Source of the DNA: Paramoeba atlantica
Lineage: Eukaryota; Protista; Discosea
Length of the DNA stretch: 54,633 nucleotides
Direction of reading: 5' to 3'
Assembly (NCBI GenBank): GCA_977017575.1
Contig: CDRNVI010000064.1
Coordinates: forward strand, 1 to 54,633
Shown here: piece after piece, positions 1 through 10,145 of the stretch
Position numbering within the stretch: the first letter of the stretch is position 1
How the letters are laid out: the number at the start of each line of letters is the position of its first letter
Position numbers and translations under genes: made by a program
Notes under the pieces: generated by a model
The model's database searches: none
Told to the model about the DNA's origin: nothing
The model's input: only the letters and a program-made list of their open reading frames with translations

Positions 1-207
1 CTCTGACAGCAAAAATACGCGAAAATCACCCCATTTGTACCCGAAATTCGGCTATTTTTGGCTATAATCTTTGTGTTTTCTTTAGCTTTCGAAGCTAAAT
101 TTTCTTTTTTAGTCTCTTCGTTAAACGCGGCGGTAGTTTTCAACGCGAAGCGCGCAGCATGAGTGACTTCTAAGTTGAAAACAACCACCGCTTTTAACGA
201 AGAGACT
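1..207. repeat. 3' part of a dispersed repeat ending in a ~97-bp hairpin
   Basis: 111-207 is an inverted repeat (agtctcttcgttaaacgcggcggtagttttcaac ... gttgaaaacaaccaccgcttttaacgaagagact). The same block and its upstream flank recur at ~28020-28221 and ~38770-38965, and in split form at 20665-20700/22212-22270. Confidence 0.85.
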
Positions 208-429
208 TTTTTTTATTAAAGCCCAACGAAACCTAGCCCCTAACCCCGCGGCGGTACCAGTCTTGTAGAAATTTACACCATATTTAGAGGGCTGAAACCA
301 GTAAAATACAAACCCAGGTAAACCCAGTCAGGTCCCAAGAGAAACCAATGGCAAAGGCACTTGGCGTTTTTTCGGCTATGGAGTTCGCTGGACAATCCGG
401 GTGGGGGGTCTAGGGGGTTCCAGGGCGAT

Positions 430-1183
430 ATGTGGAGAGTATGACCCTGATTCGACAATGAAAAATGAACACAATATAAAAAAGAAATAAAGATTAAAGA
501 AACAAGAAGAAAATATAGTGTATAAAAAAAGGCTCGGCTTCGCCGAGAAAATCAGAAGGGGGGGGGCATGTCCGCGTCATATTGATCCCCCCCTCAGGAA
601 ATTTTAGTTTTTTTATCCGATTTTGCTCACCTTTGCAGCATTCGAGAGATCTCGTTCCCGTAGGAAAGTACTTTGCCACTGTTTTTACCCTTTAGCCAGA
701 CGCTTCGAAATAGTGGAAAATTACACGTTTTTTTACTAAAGTTTTGAATAGATTAAAAAATTGCTTATTTTTTCATGACTTTTTCTTCTTCCAGCACCCC
801 GAAGAGGCCGAAACGGCACGTATCCCCGTCTGAATCTCTTCAAAATATCTTTAGTTACATGAAAAATACGAATTCCTCGAAAAAACGCTTTGTAGCTAAG
901 AGGCGATCACACATGATTTTTGTCATTTTCCTAACTTTTTCTGTTCTTTCCTAACTTTGGGATTCTCTGCAGGGGGCACCCTCCTTACGTTTTATTGCGG
1001 CAAAATACTTTCCTACGGGAACGAGATCTCTCGAATGCTGCAAAGACGAGCAAAATCGGATAAAAAACTAAAATTTCCTGAAGGGGGGGTCAATATGACG
1101 CGGACTGTATAAGGCCCTATTTCACGATAACATGCAGGGGGGCATGTTATCGTGATATAGGCATGTTAACCCGTGCTCTCATT
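430..1183 (-). mobile_element. 5' end of a TA-flanked element, interrupted by a MITE; inverted homologue at 54263-54500
   Basis: 430-570 plus 1108-1183 match the reverse complement of 54263-54500. Both copies start TA|AA(C/T)GAG(G/A)GCACGGGTTAACATG, have subterminal TAACATGC repeats, and open an ORF beginning MSNQGHT. Confidence 0.6.
570..1107. mobile_element. Tc1/mariner-type MITE with ~110-bp TIRs
   Basis: 570-680 is the inverted copy of ~1000-1107. The right end is ...gacgcggactg|TA; the left end lacks the terminal bases. Confidence 0.75.
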
Positions 1184-1431
1184 TACATCTTCCTGTAAAA
1201 AAGGTTTTCTACAGAGCTTTTGGTTGGTCGAATTTTTCTTATTTTACAAATATTCACCGTTTGTAAAGGCAGTATATTTATCATGTAAAAAGTTCAACCA
1301 TTTTTCCTGTATTCTCCTCACACTAATTGATGCATTTACAACATTTTTTCGGCGATAAATCGACAACGAATCAGTAGAATACGGCTTCAAAATAGCCAGA
1401 ATGGGGTTGTAAATAATAGTGTGAAGAGGGT

Positions 1432-2077
1432 TTAAGTTAGTGATACAATTTCAATTTCAGTCTCTTGAAAGGCCTTGTACAAAAGGCCTGCCGGTAGCAT
1501 GTGCTCATGTAGGGTCCCTGTAAGTTTGGCGTTGCTACGGAGCGATAGGTATTTCATTCCAGAAGGCAGATTGGTAAACGTTACATGACCACGTAAGTTA
1601 TTCGCCGACACTATCAGCGAAGTTAATGTCGAAGGAAGATGACAAAGCTCAATACTACCCGTAAATTGATTGTACGACGCGTCAAAAGCAGATAAAAGTG
1701 GTGGAAGATCTACGAGATCGAGTTCCCCACTAAGCCTATTTTTATACACTGAGAATCGGGTTAATGACCTTGGAAGAGTACTCCAACGAAAACTGCCAAC
1801 CAGTTTTTCCATTTTCCACTTCGAACAATAGAATTGCCCCTTCGTCAGAACATTCGACCCCTTCCCACTTATGCGCAGGTACAGATGTATTCCAAGAGGG
1901 AAGTGGATTCACTATGTTACTTACCAAACGCTCAAGATTATACTCTTGGGGTAATAGCACACCTCTTACTTTTCCAGCTTTTCGATTCTCACCCGTTGAG
2001 TCGGAAAACTTAATTTTTCCAGGATGAGAAGAAAAATGTGGCCATTTCGACGTACAATCCATTATAACACTGCACAT
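1432..2077 (-). pseudogene. LRR-family gene with one-base frameshift
   Basis: N-terminal cap (LPQEYNLERL...SW...KWEGVEC) in ORF 1742-2077 and LRRs in ORF 1432-1812. Removing one A from the A5 run at ~1804-1808 restores EVENGKLVGSFRWSTLP. Close paralogue of 22609-23274. Confidence 0.8.
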
Positions 2078-2291
2078 ATTAAAGATTAATTTTACTTGAT
2101 AGCATTTGCGGATAAGATTCCCAGGAGTGCCTATTTTCGATCAAAATAAAAAGTAGATTTCGGAAGACAAAGGCGACTGTCTACTTTTCCTTTTCGTATT
2201 CTTAGCTCACATACTTTCACCTCTACTAGCGTTATCCGATTCTAGTAAAAAGCAACGCTAGGATAGGGAGTATATTTCGCTAGACATTTCC

Positions 2292-2610
2292 TCAAAATAT
2301 GTTTTGTCGCACGAAATATCCAGCATTGTTGCCATCAAGAGAAAGTATGGGAAAACAATAAACCACTGTCCAACTTAACATGCCCCCCTCAAAGAGAGTT
2401 TTGAAAAATAAAAAAAGATTTAAGAGTCCGAGAAAGATGACCAAAACGCAGTGAGCCTGACGCTTGTATACCCTCCCATTGTATTTTTTGGAAGTCCCCA
2501 CATTTGTTACATTCCACACCCTTCCACTGGCACGCCGAGGAGTCCGTACTCCATGAGCGGTGCTTTGTTTCTACATCGGCAATGAGTAACATACAGTACA
2601 GAGTGAACAT
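2292..2610 (-). pseudogene. Degenerate LRR-family gene
   Basis: KHRSWSTDSSACQWKGVEC cap and the start of one LRR, then a stop/frameshift at ~2389. Confidence 0.65.
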
Positions 2611-3023
2611 ACAGTAAGTTCATATTCTTGAGGAAGGTTCGAGGCGCTCACCCTTGCCGTACGTGTGCGTGAAGCGACCTGTATTTCTGAAACGTCCGCA
2701 GTACGAACAGAATTACACACGTGATGCAAAGAGGACGTAGAATGTAAGTAGAGAATAAATCTAAGACGACGACAGAGTGTAGTTTACGCCATTGTATCGG
2801 TGAAAAAGGTTGATTTTACCAAATCACTCTGCGTACGCCCGAATAGCGGCATCGGTGAAAAAGGCTGATTTTTTAGGAAAAACTTTTACTAATTATGATT
2901 ATAGAATATCGGAAGAATTAAAAAAGAAGTCCTATTTACTAATTAAAAAATTGCTAATTCTTTTTTTTACAAATTACAGGAGGGGGACTAGTAATTGTGT
3001 GCACTGTACCACTAATGATGCGA

Positions 3024-3863
3024 TCAGTTCACCTCATTGATTTGCAACTCACGTATCTGCGTTCCACACCACATAACATCATCGAAACGTTCCCGCATTT
3101 TTTCTGCATCAAGTTCACCTCGCAGCTCTGCATTTTCATTCAGATATAACATTGCAAGTCCAGTATCCTCTATATTACTCAAATCCACTTCACCACTAAA
3201 CTCATTCTGATCTAACGATAACGTTACGAGTGAAATCGGAAGACGAGACAAATCGATTGGCCCGGAAAACTCATTGTCGGTCAAGTGCAACTCTTGCATC
3301 TCTTGTGGGAGTGAGGTTAAGTCAACTCTACCAGAAAAGCAATTGTATCGAAGATCAAAAAAATAGAGCGGGGGAGGAAGAGTACAGAAATCAATTTCTC
3401 CCTCCAATGTGTTGTCCGACAGGTTCACCCACTTAACCGTACGAGGGAAATAGTCCCATTGAAGAAAGCCTTCGAGTGAATGTCGCGCATAGACATGCGC
3501 AACCACTTTTTTGAAACATGTCACACCTTCCCATTCGCACGCAGGGGTTTCCGTGCTCCACGAAGAAGGAAGTTCCTCAATATCTTGAACAAATCTTGCG
3601 AGATCGTACTCTTGTGGAAGGGGGACATTCCGAGTCTTTCCTCCCGTTCTTTTCACTGTTCCGGTATTCCGATCTCCACTGGATTTTACCGGCGAGCTCG
3701 GTTGTAGTTTACGTCGTTTGGATGCTGGACAGTTGTCTGCGGTATAAATCCCGTGCGTTGTGTACATTAAAATCATGTAAAATTTGTATATAAATGGTAT
3801 CACAAGGGCAAAGCGGGTATTGCTATTCTTACCGGACCACAACATGCCTCTGTAAAATGTCAT
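3024..3863 (-). CDS. LRR-family protein with LRRNT-like cap
   Basis: Intact 279-aa ORF: KRRK, then LPQEYDLARF...SW...CEWEGVTC, then ~5 repeats of LPxxLxxLxLxxNxFxGxIDL. The true start may be an internal Met. Confidence 0.85.
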   Translation of the reverse strand: MTFYRGMLWSGKNSNTRFALVIPFIYKFYMILMYTTHGIYTADNCPASKRRKLQPSSPVKSSGDRNTGTVKRTGGKTRNVPLPQEYDLARFVQDIEELPSSWSTETPACEWEGVTCFKKVVAHVYARHSLEGFLQWDYFPRTVKWVNLSDNTLEGEIDFCTLPPPLYFFDLRYNCFSGRVDLTSLPQEMQELHLTDNEFSGPIDLSRLPISLVTLSLDQNEFSGEVDLSNIEDTGLAMLYLNENAELRGELDAEKMRERFDDVMWCGTQIRELQINEVN

Positions 3864-3985
3864 TAAATTTACATTTTTTCATAAATACATGTTTTAAATA
3901 CACTGTATGTACATTCATTTTCTACCTTCCGTGCTACACTCTTTCTGAAAATTTATGCCATCAGATTGGTACCACGTCTTTAAAA

Positions 3986-6900
3986 TTACGCTTCCTTATC
4001 AAAAAAATTCATTAGATACGTGCTGGCTTCCAGTTCCTTTTTCACACCATGACGAGATCGACGCCTCTCCGTGTCTTTTCCAGGAGAACAACGTGCGGCC
4101 ATTTCCGCCTTCTTTCGTTGTCTCTCTGTCTCCTCACGATCCCACAACTCATGATGCACACGCTGGAATGTGCCACGCTCGGTGTTATACACAAATGTCG
4201 GAATTTCCGATGAATCCCGGTCGACGCATCCCGCCTCTTGCGAGTAGAGTAAAACCTTCCCCGCGTGGGCGGAGCAACGCCCCCTGCGTGCGGTCCTCCA
4301 CCGACTGGCAGGTCGAATCTCACATGTCGGGTGACACGACCCCGCGCTGGGGTACACACAGGGGGTGAGACACACGTAGAGCGCGGGGTGGAGCATAAAG
4401 GAAGGCAGCGGGAGTCCCCAGTCCAGGGCCAGGGTTCGGGTAAGGACCGACCCCGAGGAGGGGACATCGCCCACGACATAGGCAATCGCATCGGTACGGT
4501 AGGTGGGCTCACAGGGGGCACAGGACATGGTAATCCCATAGATGGTGACACAGGTGGGGTTTCCGGGGTTGGGTACCCGGGAGAGGAGGTGGGGTGTTGA
4601 AAAAGAAGGGAAAAAAGAGAAAGAAGAAAAAGGGGAAACCGAACACGAGGTGAGACAAGGGGTGTAGTAGGTTGTGTCACCACGCGGGGAGACGCCGCAG
4701 TAGGAGGCGTTGTCCAGTGCTTGGAGACTGGGGCGTGAGGCGAGGTGAGCGAATGCTACTTTTTCTTTCCCCGAATCTTCGGATTTAATAGTTTTGCGTT
4801 CATCAGGGAGTGAATCTGCCTCATGAGCGGTGTATTCTTGTTTTTCGTCCAAGGGGCTACTCTTTGATGCTCTGGGGTTTTCAAAACGGTTCGCGTAGTA
4901 ATTGGGTATGCACTCTGCAAAGTGCCACGTCCACCGTGGCAGCGATGCACTCAACCGATACGAAACCACGCAAGTGGGAAAGGAACCCCCAACATCCGGA
5001 TACATGCATGGGCTCAGACACGTATGGTTTCGTCCCCAACGACCCCACTGCAAGATAAACAGATCCCACAGACTGTACACCGGGGCTGCGGATTGTGCTG
5101 GTGCCTTGATTCCCTGATGCAGACATCGGTTACACAGACGTCGCTTCCCGTCGCTACACACACAGGAGGGCTCCCCGAACGCGAGGGTACGCGAAACGTG
5201 TTGCCGAAACCCCGCCGCCTCACGCTGCTCCGGGAGCACCAGTACTTCACACGGACTCACACAGTGGTAAGATCGGGGAAAAGACCCCCCTCCTTCCCTC
5301 TCTGCGCCACAATAGTACCGATGCACATCATCCTGCTCCCCAGCTCTGTCCAGTGCCACACAACTCCGAGGCAGCACCGGCAGGACACGTTCGGAAACCG
5401 CCATGGGAAAATTCGAAGACGATGATGAGGACGACGGCGATAACAACCCCACCTTCCTTTCCCCACCCCCCTCCCAATCCCCCGGAAACGCCCCCCACCA
5501 CGCCGCGGTCTCCTCCCCCACCGTCGGATTCCTCACCGGAATCCACACCCCATGCCGTATCCCATCCGCGTGGTACAGGTACCCTCTCACCCCCACCGTC
5601 CTCACCACCGTACCCGGCCCCTCCCCTCCCCTCTCCCCTCCCCTCTCCCCTCCCCACCCCCTGGGTCCCCTCTCCCTCACGCAGCTCCCACACCCCTTCC
5701 GCTCTGTGGTCATCCCGTGCCGGGTCTCACAGTACGGTGTGGACTCCATCGTGGGGCCGTACCCACACACGGAGACACAGCGTAGGGGAGACACAGGCGA
5801 GTGAGAAGAGGAAGAAGAGGAAGAAGAGGCGTAGAGAGAGCTGTGAGGGAACGGAGAGGCGTAGAGAGGGGAAGAGGAGGAGGAAGAAGAAGAGGAGGAA
5901 GAGGAAGAGAAGGGGGAATGGGTCGAGGCACAGGAGGGGACCGCAGGGTTGTGTTGGAAGGGACAGGGGAGACAGGGGAGGTAGCCGTGGCCGTGGGGGA
6001 GGGGACCCCAGAGACAGGTGGGGGGAGGGGGAGAGGGAGGGGGAGAGGCAAAGGGGGTGGAGACAGGCGTAGGGGAATCGCCCATAGGGGTAGAGGAGGC
6101 GCTGGTGAGAGAACCTGAACGGTTGGGCGAATCGGAAAGAGACCCGTTAAACGAATTGGTGGGATGGTGGATGCGGCAATGGCCAATACATGCCGCGTAG
6201 AGTCCGTCCGGTCCAAGGGCACAGTAGGAGGTGGGAGGAGGGGGGGTGCGGGAGGGTTCATCCCAGTAGGTGGGAAGGGGTTGGGAGAGGGGGTGGGGAG
6301 GGGAGGAACGTGGGGAGGTGAGGTAGTGGGCACTGCTGCCTTTGAGGGAGATGGGGGAGTGACGGGGTAGGGAGGTTTCGGGGAGTGGGTGAGGAATATG
6401 TGTGTCGGAGGGGGTGAAATACAATTCGGTGGTGTCCGCGTCGGGGAGAGGGGCTGTGGGGACAATCTCGGAGGGTAAACCTTCGCTGTGATTTCTCGGA
6501 TGGGGCAATACCGGAGCTGAGGGAGAGGCTACTGCACTGCTAGAGTGGGAAGTGTTTCGGATGCGAGAGACACCCAAGTAGCGTGTAATCTGCTTACGTA
6601 GTTGCATCGAGGCGGGGTCCAGCGACGCACGGTAGACTGGAAGCCCCTCTTCCTCCCATGCACTCCCGAGAGTGCTGCGGACTTTGTTCGGGACATCCCC
6701 TGCCAGGCCACATGGGAAGCACTCTTCCGCAGGGAAGCTGTCCTCACTAGGGAGGTGCCCCGACACGGTGCGACACACCGGCACGGGGGAACCGCTGACG
6801 GGATACTCACACGGGGAGACACACTGTACAAGTTGTGGTGCACAAGTCCCGGGAACATGAACGTTGTTTTGTACCTCTCGCGTCATGGACACTCCCTGGG

Positions 6901-7561
6901 GCTTTGGGCGGTATAGCGTACAAAACGCCCCCGAGGAAGGTAGGGAGGGGCAAGGTAAACAGGGTCGAACGAGGCCAGGAGAGCCCGAATCGCATGTCAT
7001 GGGAAGTGGGTTCGTATGTGCCAAAGAATCCAACTTGAGATTCTCAAGTTTGCTTTGGTACGTCTCGCTCATTGGGTCTCGTCTTTTGCACTCGTTATTA
7101 CAGGGGTAATAAATACGTACTATACCAAGATAGTTTTCCCACCCGCAGTAACCTTCGACGTGAGATATGCTTGTGCTATTCTCGATCAGTTGTCGTCGAA
7201 TTTTTCCTGCATTAAAACTGCACAGCTCCCGTTTTTTCCGACTTTCAGTGCTGTTTGGCGTGGCCGAGATTCGCGCTGCTTCGCCCGCTCTTCTTTGTGC
7301 GTTCTTGTGTTTCGGAGATCCGAAATACGACTGGAGAATCCGTTCGCTATGGCTCTTACGTGACTGTGCACGCTTCGACTCATGAAATGCAAGGTCAGAG
7401 TCATGGAAACTCCAAACGTTAATCGGAATCCGCCGCGATTTCTGGCCAGATAATACTTGGTTGTTAACATTGGAAAAGTCTGTTTCTTTTGAACTTCGAT
7501 GGGGATAAACACAACTGCAAAGAAAAATTGTTTGGATCAAAGTCGCCAGCAGAAGATACAT
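3986..7561 (-). CDS. Large Cys-rich repeat protein with Ser/Pro low-complexity linkers, possibly secreted
   Basis: 1217-codon open frame. The ATG at 7561 gives a hydrophobic N-terminus (MYLLLATLIQTIFLCSC). Recurrent C[LV][ST]PCxYPxxG..PxC and PCLPCP motifs. Confidence 0.75.
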   Translation of the reverse strand: MYLLLATLIQTIFLCSCVYPHRSSKETDFSNVNNQVLSGQKSRRIPINVWSFHDSDLAFHESKRAQSRKSHSERILQSYFGSPKHKNAQRRAGEAARISATPNSTESRKKRELCSFNAGKIRRQLIENSTSISHVEGYCGWENYLGIVRIYYPCNNECKRRDPMSETYQSKLENLKLDSLAHTNPLPMTCDSGSPGLVRPCLPCPSLPSSGAFCTLYRPKPQGVSMTREVQNNVHVPGTCAPQLVQCVSPCEYPVSGSPVPVCRTVSGHLPSEDSFPAEECFPCGLAGDVPNKVRSTLGSAWEEEGLPVYRASLDPASMQLRKQITRYLGVSRIRNTSHSSSAVASPSAPVLPHPRNHSEGLPSEIVPTAPLPDADTTELYFTPSDTHIPHPLPETSLPRHSPISLKGSSAHYLTSPRSSPPHPLSQPLPTYWDEPSRTPPPPTSYCALGPDGLYAACIGHCRIHHPTNSFNGSLSDSPNRSGSLTSASSTPMGDSPTPVSTPFASPPPSPPPPTCLWGPLPHGHGYLPCLPCPFQHNPAVPSCASTHSPFSSSSSSSSSSSSSPLYASPFPHSSLYASSSSSSSSHSPVSPLRCVSVCGYGPTMESTPYCETRHGMTTERKGCGSCVRERGPRGWGGERGGERGGEGPGTVVRTVGVRGYLYHADGIRHGVWIPVRNPTVGEETAAWWGAFPGDWEGGGERKVGLLSPSSSSSSSNFPMAVSERVLPVLPRSCVALDRAGEQDDVHRYYCGAEREGGGSFPRSYHCVSPCEVLVLPEQREAAGFRQHVSRTLAFGEPSCVCSDGKRRLCNRCLHQGIKAPAQSAAPVYSLWDLFILQWGRWGRNHTCLSPCMYPDVGGSFPTCVVSYRLSASLPRWTWHFAECIPNYYANRFENPRASKSSPLDEKQEYTAHEADSLPDERKTIKSEDSGKEKVAFAHLASRPSLQALDNASYCGVSPRGDTTYYTPCLTSCSVSPFSSFSFFPSFSTPHLLSRVPNPGNPTCVTIYGITMSCAPCEPTYRTDAIAYVVGDVPSSGSVLTRTLALDWGLPLPSFMLHPALYVCLTPCVYPSAGSCHPTCEIRPASRWRTARRGRCSAHAGKVLLYSQEAGCVDRDSSEIPTFVYNTERGTFQRVHHELWDREETERQRKKAEMAARCSPGKDTERRRSRHGVKKELEASTYLMNFFDKEA

Positions 7562-7731
7562 GATTAAAACAACATAGCTAGAAAGTTGACTTTGCTTTTT
7601 CCAACAAAAGTTATAGCCACGTCGTGATGCAAGTCCCAAATTTTGGAACGAAAGTGAAAGTTATAACATGGTGACTTGAGCAATACTACGCGTGGTAACC
7701 ACGGTACACGGTAACCACGGTAAAAATAGTA

Positions 7732-7910
7732 CTGTCCCCCCCGTTTAAGCGCACCTCGTTTTCCATGAAAAGTGCGCTTAAACGGGGGGGGCTGAATCAC
7801 TACATAAAAAAAATTGGCGACGCTTCGCGGCGCCGGAGTCTGTACCTTAACTCTGTGTGCGCTTAAACGGGGGAGGGTCTGACCGGGTTCGCTTAAGGGG
7901 GGGGGGACAG
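7732..7910. mobile_element. 179-bp TA-flanked MITE (CTGT termini)
   Basis: TA|ctgtccccccc...gggggggacag|TA with internal GCGCTTAAACGGGG repeats. Confidence 0.8.
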
Positions 7911-8027
7911 TATGTACAACAGGGGACTACAAGTACAACAGGGTAGAAATCAGAGTGACCTATCATTTTTTCTGAAAAAAATGTAGTCCAATGTCAACAA
8001 AAATAGTATATTTTTCTTCATTATGTA

Positions 8028-8711
8028 TCATGCCTTTAAGTATTGTATTTGAGTACCTCCCACTCCAAGACGCTTTAACGCCGGTGGTAACTCGGGATGG
8101 GAAACTTTGCCAACGAGACCTTCATTTTCTGAAAGATCCAAAACTGCTAATGATGTGGGAAGCGTTGAAAAACACACTTCACCCTCAAATTTGTTCTCGT
8201 TGAGATATAAATATTTAAGCGTTGAAGGGAGCTGTGTCAAGTTAAGAGATCCACAAAAAAGATTGTCGGCGGCGCTGAGGTACATCATTTTTGAAGGCAA
8301 CATCCCTAAATCGATTTCTCCCGTCAGTTTATTGCGGTTTATGTAGATCTGATTCACGCCGCACGGCAGAAACTTCCAGCAAAGAGAACCTCGAAGCTTT
8401 AAACTACCCCACATTAAGGAAACACCTTCGTCGGGTCGTTCCGAAACACAGTTCTCACCAGGTGTCGTAACTCCTCGCCATTGATCTGCAGGATTGTCTG
8501 CTCTCCATGATGGGGGCGAGTTTTCGACTTCCTCAATAAAACGGGCAAGTTCGTACTCTAAAGGAAGAGTCGTAGCATGTACTTTGCCAAGCCGTCGGTT
8601 CTTTTCGATATGGGGAGCGTCTGCAAAACAATACAAGGAAAATTTCATGAACAGTTGAATCACGGTGACGAAATAAAAATAGAAATAACGAAACGCTATG
8701 TCACAAAGCAC
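8028..8711 (-). CDS. LRR-family protein
   Basis: 227-aa ORF with an LPLEYELARF...SW...QWRGV cap and 4-5 LRRs. Confidence 0.85.
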   Translation of the reverse strand: MLCDIAFRYFYFYFVTVIQLFMKFSLYCFADAPHIEKNRRLGKVHATTLPLEYELARFIEEVENSPPSWRADNPADQWRGVTTPGENCVSERPDEGVSLMWGSLKLRGSLCWKFLPCGVNQIYINRNKLTGEIDLGMLPSKMMYLSAADNLFCGSLNLTQLPSTLKYLYLNENKFEGEVCFSTLPTSLAVLDLSENEGLVGKVSHPELPPALKRLGVGGTQIQYLKA

Positions 8712-8911
8712 ATGTAAAATACGTTCAACAAAATCTCAAGATGTGAAAAGAGGAAGAAATGCGAAACGTATGCAATAGCTACAAAAAAAGTCGGAAGATT
8801 TGACTCAAAATCTCTGAAATCCAGAGGGGACGATAACATACCCGCGGTATGTTACAATGCTACAGGGGTATTATCCCGGGTCCCGTTTATTAGCGATAGA
8901 ACCGTTTTGCA

Positions 8912-9700
8912 TTATCTTGGGATAATCTTTGAAAATTGATTTTTACTAAACAAAGGAAATTTCAGACTGGAAGGCAGGAGACGCTCATCAAGAACTCCCG
9001 TGAATTGATTATTATTGATATAGAGTACTTCAAGTGAATCTGGTAGTGAATTAAGATAAAGATCACCACTAAGCTGATTGCTGTTGAGCTGAAGATACCG
9101 AAGACCCACAGGAAGAGAACGCAAGTCCACACCCCCTGTAAACTTATTTAACGGAAGTACGAGAGAAGTCAGTGTACTAGGAAGCAAAGTGAGATCCAGT
9201 TTCCCATTTAAATGATTCTTTGCAGCGTAAAAACCGATAAGCTCTCGAGACAGCATCTCCAGAAAAAGGGGACCGAACATTTAGTTCGTCGAGAGGTTGA
9301 TCTCTATATCAATACCGGGCGGAAGCTCTTGCAGCGGTATTTCCCCCGTAATACCCCAGGCGACGAAAGACGTTGTTGTAGACGGCATATGGCGATACAA
9401 GAAAGTTCCAACCAAAGCAAGAGAATTCCAGTCCAGTGTTGTCACTCGCAAATCACTATCGCATTTGACACCGTTCCATGTGCATCCGTCAATGTTCTCA
9501 CTCCAAGAGACATGAGTATTCGTAATATTCGATATGAAACGAGTGAGCTCAATTTCTGCAGAAAGAACAGCACCACGCACTTTGGCTCCACGTGCGCCGG
9601 TTTTCAGATGTGGAGGTGACGTAACATGGGGCGAGGAAACATGACACTCTTCCGAATCACAAGCATATAAACAACATAAGGGACACGGGAATTGCGGCAT
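8912..9700 (-). pseudogene. LRR-family gene with in-frame TAA
   Basis: ORFs 9281-9700 and 8912-9280 are in the same frame and are separated only by TAA at 9281-9283 (LSTN*MFGPL), inside an LRR. Confidence 0.8.
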
Positions 9701-10145
9701 TTTGCTAAGAAAATAAATATGCCATCAAGAAGACATAACTCGCTAACATTAGTTTTTAAAATGCATAATGTCAAAGAACTTTTTATACTTCATTTTTAAA
9801 AATATATTTCCCTGATGAGAGCTCCCTTATTATTTCGCCAGAATAAAGCCGAAGGCACTTCTACATTAATGGTTCATTAAAAAATGCGTTATTCTCCATC
9901 GCCAAAAACAGGTACATTATCACAAATACAGCAACCCGCAAGTCGTAAACGGTGAATTCAGAAAGCCCATCAAAAAAGGTCTGTTTACGAATTTTACTAA
10001 TCAAAACATACGAGTGAAGTAAGCAAAAGCACTGAGGGGAACTTATGACTACTAAGATGAGAAATTGTATTACCCGTCATCTTAGATGAACTATCCGAGA
10101 GAACATTCTCATGCCTGATGTAAACGGCAACACATCCGTGCTCAA

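Noticed and set aside
238-248. CCCTAACCC telomere-like sequence
   Set aside because: Single unit, no array.
9281-9283. In-frame TAA/TGA stops (9281, 22981, 24643, 24808) as evidence of Blastocrithidia-like stop-codon reassignment
   Set aside because: ORFs of 1200-1700 codons (RPA2, WD40, Cys-rich) contain no internal stops, and the stops occur only in redundant LRR copies and a decayed transposase. Nonsense mutation is simpler.
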